From Conexivisphaerales archaeon (GTDB lineage: Archaea; Thermoproteota; Nitrososphaeria; Conexivisphaerales; DTJL01), in contig JBEKZX010000001.1 of the NCBI GenBank assembly GCA_049509455.1, forward strand, positions 32,001-96,000: DNA of 64,000 nt, in the 5' to 3' direction. Shown here piece after piece: positions 1 to 9,663 of this stretch; position 1 is the first letter of the stretch; each line of letters begins with the position of its first letter. The notes under the pieces were generated by a model. It worked only from the letters and a program-made list of their open reading frames with translations, did no database searches and had not been told where the DNA came from. The position numbers and the translations under genes were made by a program.

Positions 1-1142
1 TCGGAGTTCTTCACGTCCTGCTGGAGCGCCGCGAGGGCGCCGGAGCTGGAAGCAGAGGAGAGGCTGAACACGACAATCATCGTGTCATTCTTAGCCCCCA
101 CGAAGTTCTGGGTCAGCGACTTGGACAGGACGAGGGGATAGTCGGAGAAGCTCTCCTCTGAAATCGTAGCGTTGATTGCGCTAGCTACCTGTGTGACGGA
201 GCTGTCAGGGGTGAGGCCCGAAAGCAGACCGCCGAGGGAGGTTGCGTTGACCGTAAAGACGGGCGACGCCGCAAAGGCGCTCGCCGTCGTGTTCGAAAAG
301 AAATCTGCCGCGAGGTTCCAGATAGCGCTTCCCTGGTTCCAGTTGGTCACATTGAGCCCGTTCGCCACACTCAGGATTAGCCCCTCTGTTACGTTGCTCA
401 GCGAAGGGCTGGAGGTGATTTGGCTCACCGCTCCGCTGACGGCGGCTGCCTCCCACTGCGTCAACTGCGTCGCGTTGGTGGGGGCAGTCTGGACGCTCGC
501 GTTCCAATAGTCGAAGAACGCGGTGTAGTAACCGATTGACTGCTGGTCGCCTCCGAAGCTGCCCGTCTGTGCGAAGATGGTCGCGTTGGCCTGCTGGTTG
601 GCGATTGCTATATTCGTCTGGTTGGCAACTATTCCCAACCAGATCCCTACGAAGGCGGCGGGTATGCCGTACACCAGCTGGGATGTCTGGTTGATCCCCT
701 GCTGCATCTGGAAGAGGCCCGAGATGAAACTGGGCAACGTGGAGTTCAGGACGTCGCCCTCGGCCGAATAGATGTTCGACGCCCCCGTGTAGTTGGATAG
801 ACTGGGATCGGAGCCTATCTTGCTGTCGAGCTGGAGGACGGCGTTCTTCACGGCGTCCGAGTATACCCCGGAGGTCGGGTTCTGGATCACCAGTATGATG
901 CTATCTTTTCCGGCGCCGCTCAAGGAGGGAAACTGCGCGTTTATTATACCCTGAGCGACCTGAGACTCCGTGTTCTTCGGCCCTCCGAGGCTGGCCATGG
1001 CAGTGATGTCGTACGACACGCCGGCGAAAAAGCTGGGTATCAACGTGGCCGAAAGCACCAGCACCACGATCCATGCGACTATTATCAGCCGATGGAAGCG
1101 CCTGATGAAAGAGTTGAACGGGTCAAATTTAGAACTAGACAC
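1..1142 (-). CDS. MMPL/RND-family membrane transporter, N-terminal part (runs off window)
   Basis: Hand translation from GTG at 1142: MSSSKFDPFNSFIRRFHRLIIVAWIVVLVLSATLIPSFF..., one N-terminal TM helix then a long extracellular loop rich in N-x-S/T. Open to position 1; absent from the ORF track because it is truncated. Confidence 0.7.
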   Translation of the reverse strand, partial: MSSSKFDPFNSFIRRFHRLIIVAWIVVLVLSATLIPSFFAGVSYDITAMASLGGPKNTESQVAQGIINAQFPSLSGAGKDSIILVIQNPTSGVYSDAVKNAVLQLDSKIGSDPSLSNYTGASNIYSAEGDVLNSTLPSFISGLFQMQQGINQTSQLVYGIPAAFVGIWLGIVANQTNIAIANQQANATIFAQTGSFGGDQQSIGYYTAFFDYWNASVQTAPTNATQLTQWEAAAVSGAVSQITSSPSLSNVTEGLILSVANGLNVTNWNQGSAIWNLAADFFSNTTASAFAASPVFTVNATSLGGLLSGLTPDSSVTQVASAINATISEESFSDYPLVLSKSLTQNFVGAKNDTMIVVFSLSSASSSGALAALQQDVKNS

Positions 1143-1353
1143 CGTCTGCCATCCTCCAGCCGCATAAAGGAACAGCCATTCTTGTCATGGCGCACGTTGA
1201 ACTGTCGCCTAAGAATGCTCTCAATTTCCCCTTGAAGCCGTCTTGCTGCTGTTCATTTAAGGTTTGCCTCGTTCAAGCACGTCTCACGATGGCTGAAGAG
1301 CTTGCTTCACGCAGTCCGTGACATACCGCGGGCTGGGCTGACGTGGAGGACGG

Positions 1354-1761
1354 TCAAAGCTGGCCTAGCGTCGTGAAGAGCTCGAAGACCTGAAGCAGGA
1401 GGTCCCTGTCGGTGAATATGCCCACCACCTTCCCACCGTCAACAACGAAGAGATGGCGAACCTTCTTGAGGTGCATGAGAATGGTGGCGTCGGCGAGGCT
1501 CGCGTCCGACTTAATCGTTATCAGGGGGCCGCTCATTATCGCCTTGACGGGGGTCTTGGCTGGATTGATCCCCTTAACAGTCACCCTCCTCAGGATGTCC
1601 CTCTCGGTCACTATCCCCACGGGTTTCCCGTTCGACGTGACCATCAACGAGCTGGCGTCATGCTCGAACATCGACCGGGCTGCGCTTTTCACGGACTCGC
1701 CCTCTTCGATCGAGAATATCTTCGCGTTAGCTATCTCCTTCACGGAGGTCACTAGGGGCAA
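1354..1761 (-). CDS. CBS domain pair protein
   Basis: Two CBS repeats (GIVTERDIL, VRHLFVVD..VVGIFTDRDL); TTG start. Confidence 0.9.
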   Translation of the reverse strand: MPLVTSVKEIANAKIFSIEEGESVKSAARSMFEHDASSLMVTSNGKPVGIVTERDILRRVTVKGINPAKTPVKAIMSGPLITIKSDASLADATILMHLKKVRHLFVVDGGKVVGIFTDRDLLLQVFELFTTLGQL

Positions 1762-2113
1762 CTAGCATCTCCCATCCACTTCGACACTCCGCGGTAGTTA
1801 AAGTGATTGCGAACAGTCGGACGCCCAATTCCATCGGTGGATAGGTGTGCTGTTTCCCCTTCCTCCGTTCGGCTTCGTCCCCGTCAAGCATCCACCAGTG
1901 CCTTCGGCTGTGCCGGCGTTACAGGGGCCGCGGATGGCTCGACGAAGGTGTAGGCGCCCTCGGCGCCGTTAGGATCATCCTTGACGGCCTGGGCCTGCAC
2001 CTTGACATTGTTGTTATCTGGATGGAGCCCTTAACGACGCCTCGAAATGGTACGTCCGGTCAGAGCTGAAGGGGCGAACGGCTTGTCCTCGCGTCCATAG
2101 ACGTCGTTCGGCC

Positions 2114-2698
2114 TCAGCCACCGCTCTGCGTCTTCCTGGACTTCAACCTAGCCTTCACTATTTCTACGTCCAAGTAATCCGCCGGGTCGAAGGGGAGGAC
2201 CCTGATGATGCGAATATCCTTGGGAAGCTCCAGTTTACGCTTTGAATCGATGAGCAGCAGGCCCACATCGCCCTCAACAAGGGACTGGTCTACGAGGTTT
2301 GAGATATGGCGATTGCGTTCGGCAAGGCTCTGCTCATAGAGCTCTAACAGCGCATTGTTTGACGAGCCTCTGATCATCTGTCGCCAGGACTCAGTTTCAG
2401 CCACTAAGATGCGGTCCTCGGTTTTCTTCAGCTTCGCTCCCTCTTCGAGAAGCCCCACTATCAGAGAGAGACCCCGCTCTTCATCCCCGCTGACTTCCTT
2501 TAGGGCCTTCTCGGTGTCCTCCGACAGAGACTCCCGAAAGACCCATTTGACGCGACCTCTGAAGACTGTCAATTTGTCGGTCACATAGGTCCAGAACTCT
2601 TCAGATTTGGCGCCGTAGTCATCAGGAACGTACGATGTGGATTCCCTGAACTCGCTCTTCGCGTACATCCTGGGCACGATGAGAAGCGTTCGAGGCAT
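2114..2698 (-). CDS. hypothetical protein
   Basis: 194-aa ORF with genome-typical codon use and globular composition; no motif recognised. Confidence 0.7.
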   Translation of the reverse strand: MPRTLLIVPRMYAKSEFRESTSYVPDDYGAKSEEFWTYVTDKLTVFRGRVKWVFRESLSEDTEKALKEVSGDEERGLSLIVGLLEEGAKLKKTEDRILVAETESWRQMIRGSSNNALLELYEQSLAERNRHISNLVDQSLVEGDVGLLLIDSKRKLELPKDIRIIRVLPFDPADYLDVEIVKARLKSRKTQSGG

Positions 2699-2936
2699 CC
2701 CGATTCAAAGTCATCATCCGAACAGCCGTAATTAAACCTAAAGGATTTGGAACCAACAACTTACACTAGAGCATGGAACGAGTACGTTCACGAGCGAAGT
2801 TGCCTACAGCATTCTATCGTTTCTCTGATGTTCCGCGCCAGCGTTGCGACTATCTTATATCACCTCTGTTCAGACTTGCACTCTAGCTTCTGCCCGCTGC
2901 GGCCCAGCGGTCGGGCTGAACCATCGAGCTTTGGCG

Positions 2937-3527
2937 CTAGGGGCTTCCTTTCAGCTGCAGCAAGATGGCTTCGGCGGCAAGCTCAGCCGAAGTATGCTTG
3001 GAGTCGATCTTCAACGCGTTCACCGGCTCCTGGAACCTGACGAGCATCTCGTTGAACCTCAACTGGGGGACGCTGGCCTTGCGCGACGTGTTTCGCATAT
3101 ATGCCGTCCTGGCGTCGCAGTGGACGTGCACTAATAGGTGCGAGTCATAGGAGCCGCGCAACCTCTGCAACGCCTCCTCCCTGAACTCCTCCCTTAGGAA
3201 AGTGCCGTCCAGTATCGCGTTGTACCCGCGCTCGAGGGCCTCCCTAGCCAGTGTGAAGCAGACCGAATAGACGAAATCTGACTCTTGGCCGTCATATCGA
3301 GGCTGTGAAATCATCGATCTGACTTCATCGGTCTGGACATGCACCGTACCTTCGAGCTTCGTCGCCACAAGCCTAGCGATGGTCGACTTCCCGGATCCCG
3401 GGATGCCACAGAATATCAGCAGCTTTGGCAAAAGCAACTCTGTTGCGCCAAGGGAGGTTATAAAGTTGGAGACCCGGAAGGCTTCCTTCGCAAGGCGGTC
3501 AGCTTCAAGCTCCGCATGCCACAGCAT
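2937..3527 (-). CDS. P-loop kinase/ATPase (AAA_33-like predicted nucleotide kinase)
   Basis: Walker A GIPGSGKST, TDEVR, ILDGTF. True start may be slightly downstream. Confidence 0.85.
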   Translation of the reverse strand: MLWHAELEADRLAKEAFRVSNFITSLGATELLLPKLLIFCGIPGSGKSTIARLVATKLEGTVHVQTDEVRSMISQPRYDGQESDFVYSVCFTLAREALERGYNAILDGTFLREEFREEALQRLRGSYDSHLLVHVHCDARTAYMRNTSRKASVPQLRFNEMLVRFQEPVNALKIDSKHTSAELAAEAILLQLKGSP

Positions 3528-3615
3528 GAATCCTCTTCTGAAACAACTTCAGCCAATCTCTGGGTGGCGACCCCTAAAGGTGGTCATGATGGCGGGCTAC
3601 TTCGCGCCGTTCCCC

Positions 3616-4293
3616 TCAGCTGGATGGCGCTTTCTTCCAATTTATTCCGCGGCCCAAGGGCACCGTTCCCGGACCGACGACAGAATTGGTGACTGTGGCG
3701 AAGCTCGTGTAAGCCGCGACGGTGGCCGTTAAGATGCCCAGATATCCGCCCAAGTTCGTCATCAATGGCACGCCCAGGAGCGCACCTGCCCCGAGGGCGA
3801 AGAACGTCACCCAGAGGAAGAGGAACGTGAGGTTAAGGGCCAACGTGGTCGTCATCGCCGGTATCCACAAATAAAGCGTGAATATCCCCCACAGGATGAG
3901 GGTCGCACCCACTGCGCTTGGGATGGGCGTTATAATCTTCATGCTGGCGAGGAGACCCAGCAGAGCGTAGAAGAGCCAGAAGGCGCCGTAGCTGCAAAAC
4001 GCCGTGAACCCGAAGGTGTTCCCCTTCCTCATCTCGAAGACGCCTGTAAGGAGCTGGCAGGATCCGCCGTAGGCGAACGCAAGAGGGAGGACCACCGAAG
4101 CTGTCTCGGCAGGGAGCCATCCCGCGTTGGCGAAGCTGAGAAGGAAGGTGGTCAAGGCGAACGCGGCCAAACCTAATGGGGCAGGGTCAGCCGCCAATGT
4201 CTTATCCATGAGGGCATTCGACCTGTCCGCCCTCGCCAACGCCGCCGCCATCTCGGCTCTCAGCCGATTATAATCCTCTGTGACTTCCGTCAA
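3616..4293 (-). CDS. GPR1/FUN34/SatP-family acetate uptake transporter
   Basis: Signature ADPAPLGLAAFALTTFLLS, NTFGFTAFCSYGAFW; about 6 TM helices. Confidence 0.9.
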   Translation of the reverse strand: MTEVTEDYNRLRAEMAAALARADRSNALMDKTLAADPAPLGLAAFALTTFLLSFANAGWLPAETASVVLPLAFAYGGSCQLLTGVFEMRKGNTFGFTAFCSYGAFWLFYALLGLLASMKIITPIPSAVGATLILWGIFTLYLWIPAMTTTLALNLTFLFLWVTFFALGAGALLGVPLMTNLGGYLGILTATVAAYTSFATVTNSVVGPGTVPLGRGINWKKAPSS

Positions 4294-4427
4294 CGGATTT
4301 TATATTCCAAATGTAGTCTATATATGCATTCTTATCAGGAGTGACGTCAACGTTGGTATGTGTACAATATGAATAGAGATAACGATTTTAGCGCGCAACT
4401 GACCGTTGCGGCGAACGAATCATGCGC

Positions 4428-5333
4428 CTAAATCAGCCGGCTTGCCACAAAAGCCACGACCGTCGAAGACGCAAGAAGAAGGGGCCACGACCCCAACACT
4501 TCGAAGACAACCCTGGAGTCAACTATAGAGGGCTTCCTCGAGATGGAAAGGACCACCATGGCGCCTACGATGGCCTGAGTGACGCTGGTGGGTATGCCCA
4601 GCTGAGTATACACCCACAGCGTGGCGCTGGCCCCCAGCAGGGCGGACAGGTAGCCCGACGGGCTCAGGACGGCCATCCTCCAGCCCACCATCCAAGCCAC
4701 CGAGCCGCTGAAAAGGAGCCCTCCGGCCACCGCGGCGAGGAGCACCAGTCCCGACATGAGCGGCCCTGATGTGAAGCCCAGCAGGGCGCCCAGGTTGTTG
4801 GCGCCCAGCGTGTATCCGGAGACGACCACAGCGACGACGCCGAGGACCCTAGACCACGATTCCACAGCCATAAGCGAGGTCCTGGCTTCGAAGGAGAGGA
4901 TGACGCGGCGTATGAGCACCGCCAGGATCGCAGCAGAGAGTGGAGAGATCAGCCAGGCGGCGATGACGTAGCTCAGGACGTTGAGTCTGATCGTGGCGTT
5001 CATAGCGAGCGATACGCCGAGCATGGAGCCTAGGAGGACGTTGGAGACGCTGGCAGGGAACTTGAGGATTGTGAAGGCCGCCATCAGGGTCAGGACGGCC
5101 ACCAGGGCAGCCTCGGACGCTTGTGTGCCTGCGTTCGTCAGGCCCGTCGTAAGGGTGGAACTGACCTTGGAGCCTTCAAGAACGTAGCCGGCTGCGAAGG
5201 CGAGCGCGGCCGCCCCCAGATACAAGGAAACGGCCCTCCCAGAGACCTGGCGAAAGGCCGACCTGATGACTCCGATGTTGTTGGCACCGAAGACGAAGGC
5301 GACCAACAGGAGGAGCACATCGGCTGAGGTCAA
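4428..5333 (-). CDS. PiT-family inorganic phosphate transporter
   Basis: Repeated GANN motifs (FGANNIG, LGANNLG), GIPTSVTQAIVG; overlaps the DUF47 gene by 4 nt. Confidence 0.85.
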   Translation of the reverse strand: MTSADVLLLLVAFVFGANNIGVIRSAFRQVSGRAVSLYLGAAALAFAAGYVLEGSKVSSTLTTGLTNAGTQASEAALVAVLTLMAAFTILKFPASVSNVLLGSMLGVSLAMNATIRLNVLSYVIAAWLISPLSAAILAVLIRRVILSFEARTSLMAVESWSRVLGVVAVVVSGYTLGANNLGALLGFTSGPLMSGLVLLAAVAGGLLFSGSVAWMVGWRMAVLSPSGYLSALLGASATLWVYTQLGIPTSVTQAIVGAMVVLSISRKPSIVDSRVVFEVLGSWPLLLASSTVVAFVASRLI

Positions 5334-5998
5334 CTGTACCCCTTCGATATCACCACGTAGAGCACGTCGGTCGCGTCCTCGGCGTAGTCGGAGATGTTGT
5401 CGACCATGCGGACGAAATCACTCAGCTGTAGCACAGAAAGCGTGGATACGTTCAACGCGTAAATCTGCTCAGTCAAGGAATCCTTGATGATGTCGGCGGC
5501 CTCCTCATATTCCTCCACCGCCCGGCAGAACATAAGGAGCTCCTCCTTCTTCCCCGCGAGGCTTCCGATGGCATCCTGCAGCGAGGTGACGGCCCTTACA
5601 GTTACGGCAAGATGTTCGCTCACCTTCTCCCTGATTGGAGCCAGCTCCGAGGGTTCAAGGCGCCGCTGCGTGATGATCTTAGCTGAGCTCTTGGCGCTGT
5701 CGGCCACGCCATCCACGTTCTCCGCAAGGCTCATCAGATCTGTGCCTAGGTTGGAGAAGAAGACCCCCGTGCTGAGCTTGTCCACCAGCTCCCTCTGTAC
5801 GTGGTCCGCGTCCGTCTCAGCCTTGTCGATTTCGAGGTAATTAACGTAGGCCGCTGCGTGATCGCCGGCCATTATGCAATCTACGACCTTCTGCACCAGA
5901 GTAGACGCCTGCAGGCTCAACTCCACGTGGCGCCTGAGGAGCTCAAGGATTTCGTTCTCTCCGGCATTGAATGCGCGGAACCATTTGCGGAAGTTCAC
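5330..5998 (-). CDS. DUF47/PhoU-like phosphate transport regulator
   Basis: Helical acidic repeats (ETDAD, EEAADIIKD, DNISDYAEDA), translationally coupled to the PiT gene. Confidence 0.85.
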   Translation of the reverse strand: MNFRKWFRAFNAGENEILELLRRHVELSLQASTLVQKVVDCIMAGDHAAAYVNYLEIDKAETDADHVQRELVDKLSTGVFFSNLGTDLMSLAENVDGVADSAKSSAKIITQRRLEPSELAPIREKVSEHLAVTVRAVTSLQDAIGSLAGKKEELLMFCRAVEEYEEAADIIKDSLTEQIYALNVSTLSVLQLSDFVRMVDNISDYAEDATDVLYVVISKGYS

Positions 5999-6144
5999 GG
6001 CAAGCTAACCATTCACCCATCCTTTCCACGGTCTATAAACGTCTTCGCCTGCGTCCCAGTGCTTCAAGGCCGAAGACGCCGCTCTTGCCACTCTTGAAGG
6101 CAATAACTGCTGCCATCGATAAATACCCCCTCGAAGCGTCACCT

Positions 6145-7149
6145 ATGCTGCCCTTGGACTTCGATCAACTCTCCCGGAGCTCGTTGGGCTTCTACAGGGT
6201 CTGGACCATCCACTTGGGTCGGAGGTACGGCATCCTCGGCGCCATAGCCAAATCGAATGGATTGACGATGGATGAACTGGCAAGAGAGACCAAGCTTTTC
6301 CCCAAGGGTTTGAAGCTCTGGTGTGATGCCGCCTGTTCTCTCGGCATCATCGCTAGACGAGATGGGGGGTATCGTCTTGCCGGCAGGATGAAGGACCTCC
6401 TCGTCAACGAAACGCACAAAGAATACCTAGGGGGGCAGCTGTCCTATCTGGCCCTAAGGAGCCTTGACTACGATGCGTTTGACGGGTTCTTCAGGGACGG
6501 CACCGTCCCCGAGAGCGCCCCTCCACATATCGTCGAGGCCTTCAAAGAGGCCACCAGATGGGACCACACAGGATTCCTTCGAATCGTCCTGCGCGAGGCC
6601 CCCCAGGTGAAGTCCATCCTCGAGGGGAGGGCCAAGGTGCTGGACGTTGGATCGGGGACGGGCGACTGGATTTCCCGCATGCGCGAGTCCTACCCTCTCC
6701 CCCTTTATGTCGGCGTGGAATCGGATTCGGTGGCCATCAAAAGGGCGATGGACAGGGCGGTGGCTGCCGGCCCTGCATCGGTTCGGTTCGAGCACGGGAC
6801 CGCTGAAAGCATGCCATACGATGATGAGTTCGACCTAGTCTACCTTGGGGAAGTGCTTTGCGTGATGCTGCAACGGAAGCAGGCCCTTGCGAAATGCTTC
6901 GAGGCCTTGAAGCCAGGAGGGATCTTGGTGGTGGCCGAGGGCCTTCTCGACGAGAAGAAGGGATGGAGGGGAGCTTCGAACGAATTGATGAGGCCGATGC
7001 AGCTAGATTTCGCGTTGCTGGGGGGAAGCTTCTTCTCTAGGGCGGAGCTCAGGCGCCTCCTGCAGGACACCGGGTTCATGGGTCTCCGGTTCCTCTCGGC
7101 TGGAGGCGGCTTCTGGTTCGCCGTCGCTCGCAAGCCTTCAACAAGATAG
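6145..7149 (+). CDS. class I SAM-dependent methyltransferase with N-terminal winged helix
   Basis: Motif I VLDVGSGTG, FDLVY, ALKPGG. ATG 6145 preferred over the track start 5971, which overlaps the DUF47 gene. Confidence 0.85.
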   Translation: MLPLDFDQLSRSSLGFYRVWTIHLGRRYGILGAIAKSNGLTMDELARETKLFPKGLKLWCDAACSLGIIARRDGGYRLAGRMKDLLVNETHKEYLGGQLSYLALRSLDYDAFDGFFRDGTVPESAPPHIVEAFKEATRWDHTGFLRIVLREAPQVKSILEGRAKVLDVGSGTGDWISRMRESYPLPLYVGVESDSVAIKRAMDRAVAAGPASVRFEHGTAESMPYDDEFDLVYLGEVLCVMLQRKQALAKCFEALKPGGILVVAEGLLDEKKGWRGASNELMRPMQLDFALLGGSFFSRAELRRLLQDTGFMGLRFLSAGGGFWFAVARKPSTR

Positions 7150-7244
7150 GCCTGGGCCGGTTCCTCCCTAACGTTCCAAGCCGAACCGAAACGGAAATCC
7201 TGGTCAGCTTTTATAGGCCATAGAGAGGAGCTTTATGGATCATC

Positions 7245-7778
7245 ATGACTACAATGTCCCTGACGCGAGGGAATTGGGCCGGGAGGTTCATCTGGGCCTC
7301 CATCGTACAGGGGCTCTTCGCAGTTCTATGGACGCTCTTCATAGTCGATCCCTACCTTACCTATGGTCCGTCGAAGGTCATCTCGGGCGGTGGGGCCGGA
7401 ACTTGGTTCTTCGTAGGCTATATCACATACGTCCTTGTGGGAGTGGTGGCCGTCGCCGTCACGGCGATTTTCTACTTCTACATCGAGTCGGTCTTGGACA
7501 AGGTCTACAGAGGACTTACTTCCTATCTGGCTTGGGCGCACCTCATATTGATGAACGTGGGCGTAGCCGGAGCCTGCTTCCTGCTGATGTAGGGAGGCTA
7601 CAGGGCGGGCGTAGCTTCGGCACCGGTCTCGAGTGGAGGCGGAGGCCTTACCAGCGGGTAGATACACGTCCAGATCCTAAGCCAGCTAATCAACCCGGTA
7701 GGCTTACTCATCATAGCGGCCGCCCTCGGGGCAATCTTGGGCGGCATCGGCTACCTGATGGCTCAGAGGTTGAAGTAA
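7245..7778 (+). pseudogene. multi-TM membrane protein frame interrupted by two in-frame TAG codons (7590-7592, 7659-7661)
   Basis: After TAG 7590 the same frame continues GGYRAGVASAPVSSGGGGLTSG*IHVQILSQLINPVGLLIIAAALGAILGGIGYLMAQRLK to TAA 7776-7778, including a further TM helix. Confidence 0.7.
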
Positions 7779-7928
7779 CAGGCTTCGACGGCCTGCCGAG
7801 TCGCTCTTCTGGCCTCTTGTGGAGCAGCCTCTCGTTCCCCGTTGTCAGAGAAGACCCTGAACCTGCGGCTTGGGCTGGCGTGGCGCAAAGCCTTTATTCA
7901 AATCGGACCCCATCATTGAGGACTCTGC

Positions 7929-8648
7929 ATGGCTCTGATCAGGTACAGCAGGAGCATCATCCCGGCGTGTGACGTGGAGACTCTGGACGACCTTCGGGAG
8001 CTGGTTCGGCTCACGCATGACGTCGACAGGATCGGGGGATACAAGTTGGGCTCGACGCCGGCCATAACCTATGGCCTCCCCGAGCTGGTAAGGGTCGTCA
8101 GGGGGTTTACGGACCTCCCCATCATATACGACCACCAGAAGGCGATGACGGACATACCCGACACTGGAAGGGCCTTCGCTGCGGCCGTGAAGGGCGCCGG
8201 GGTGGACGCGCTCATAGGCTTCCCTATGGCCGGGCCGGCCACTCAGGACGCTTGGACGAAGGCCTGCCAGGAGGTGGGCCTGGGGGTGATCATCGGCGGA
8301 GAGATGACCCAGCCTCGGTACAGGAGAAGCGAAGGAGGGTACGTGTCGGACGAGGCGTTGGATGAGATCTACTTAAACGGAGCAAGGCTGGGGGTGACTG
8401 ACTTCGTCGTTCCCGGAAACAAGGTGGAAAGGGTCGCCCACTACAGGGAGCTGTTGACCCCGGTGGTTGGAGGCGCGCCGACCTTCTTTTCACCTGGTTT
8501 TGTAGCCCAGGGAGGAGAGGTTTCCGAAGCCGCAAAGGTCTCGGGCGGTTCCTGGCACGCCATAGTCGGCAGGGGCATCTACGGCGCCAAGGGCATCCGG
8601 GCCGCTGCGAAAGAGTTGACGAGCCACCTGTCGGACAGGGCTATCTGA
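7929..8648 (+). CDS. pyrF: orotidine 5'-phosphate decarboxylase
   Basis: ACD, YKLG, DHQKAMTDIPDT (DxKxxDIxxT-like), AIVGRGIY. Confidence 0.85.
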   Translation: MALIRYSRSIIPACDVETLDDLRELVRLTHDVDRIGGYKLGSTPAITYGLPELVRVVRGFTDLPIIYDHQKAMTDIPDTGRAFAAAVKGAGVDALIGFPMAGPATQDAWTKACQEVGLGVIIGGEMTQPRYRRSEGGYVSDEALDEIYLNGARLGVTDFVVPGNKVERVAHYRELLTPVVGGAPTFFSPGFVAQGGEVSEAAKVSGGSWHAIVGRGIYGAKGIRAAAKELTSHLSDRAI

Positions 8649-9663
8649 CCAGCGCCCCCTTCAGGTCCTCGATGGAGCGGAAGCCTTTTCTGGACATCTC
8701 CTCAGCCAGCTCCGTCTTAATCTTCCTCGCCGCCAGGGGACCCCTGTATACGAAGGAGGTGAAGACCTCGCAGGCGTCGGCACCGCATCCTATGAGCTCG
8801 AACACGTCCCTCCCTGTGAATATCCCTCCACAGGCCACCAGCGGGCCTTTCTTCCTCAGCTCGACCGAGACGTCCTTGACCATCCTCTTAGTGGAACAAT
8901 TTAGGGGGAGGCCGCTTAGCCCTCCATAGCCGACCGACGTCCCCCTCTCCTTGACCATCCTCGTGTTGCTGGCGGTCACTCCGAAGCCTTCCCTCCAGCA
9001 GAGCTGGATGATCTCCAGGACCGCGTCGTGATCCTCCTTGCCGTCGTAGGGAGGGACCTTGACCAGCATTGGCCTGCTTCCTACAGTCTTGACCTTCGCC
9101 AGTAGGCCTTCCAGCCTGTCGAGCCGTTCGTTCCAGCTCCCCTTGAACGTGGGGCTGCTAGTATTAATCTCCAGAATCTCCACGAAGGGATTCAGCAGGC
9201 TGATCACTTTCGTATATTCTTCGACGGTGTACCCCGCCACGCTGCCTATCAAAGGCATCTTCACTCTAGCCCTGCGCAACCGATGGACCACGGCCTCCAC
9301 CCCCGCCGAATTCAGACCCATGGCGTTCACTAGCCCGCCTTGATTCGTCTTCCTGACCATTCTCGGCCACCTGTTCCCCGGATACGCCCTGCCTAGGACG
9401 GAACCGAACACGACGAACCCGAACCCCAGGTCCTCCATCGCCCCTAGCGCGACGGCGTCCTTGTCATATCCTGCCGAGAGGCCTATGGGTGAAGCTAGGG
9501 TTACGCCGAGCAACCTCGTATGCAGCCGGTCATCATCGTATCGCAAGGCCCTGCCTAGCATCTTGAATGGTAGTCTCCTTTCGAAGACCTTCAGGGACAG
9601 TTCATGACAGGCGTCGGGGGAAAGATGAAAGAGGAGGGGTCCAAGGATGTCATCGTAGATCAA
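8641..9663 (-). CDS. pyrD: dihydroorotate dehydrogenase
   Basis: PIGLSAGYDKD, NAMGLNSAG, EINTSSP, VKVPP, SNT, GGLSGLPL, GGIFTG. Confidence 0.9.
   Translation of the reverse strand: MIYDDILGPLLFHLSPDACHELSLKVFERRLPFKMLGRALRYDDDRLHTRLLGVTLASPIGLSAGYDKDAVALGAMEDLGFGFVVFGSVLGRAYPGNRWPRMVRKTNQGGLVNAMGLNSAGVEAVVHRLRRARVKMPLIGSVAGYTVEEYTKVISLLNPFVEILEINTSSPTFKGSWNERLDRLEGLLAKVKTVGSRPMLVKVPPYDGKEDHDAVLEIIQLCWREGFGVTASNTRMVKERGTSVGYGGLSGLPLNCSTKRMVKDVSVELRKKGPLVACGGIFTGRDVFELIGCGADACEVFTSFVYRGPLAARKIKTELAEEMSRKGFRSIEDLKGALVR

Noticed and set aside
1800-2110. Short ORFs between the CBS gene and 2114, including a protein-like minus-strand stretch (NVKVQAQAVKDD...)
   Set aside because: Bounded by an upstream in-frame stop, under about 50 codons, no convincing start or motif.
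5971-6144. N-terminal extension of the methyltransferase in the ORF track
   Set aside because: Overlaps the divergent DUF47 gene and promoter region; basic, low-information sequence.
7590-7661. Genome-wide TAG reassignment (pyrrolysine or other)
   Set aside because: TAG terminates rpoB, rps12, rps7 and tuf at expected lengths, and no pyl genes or CUA tRNA are in the window.
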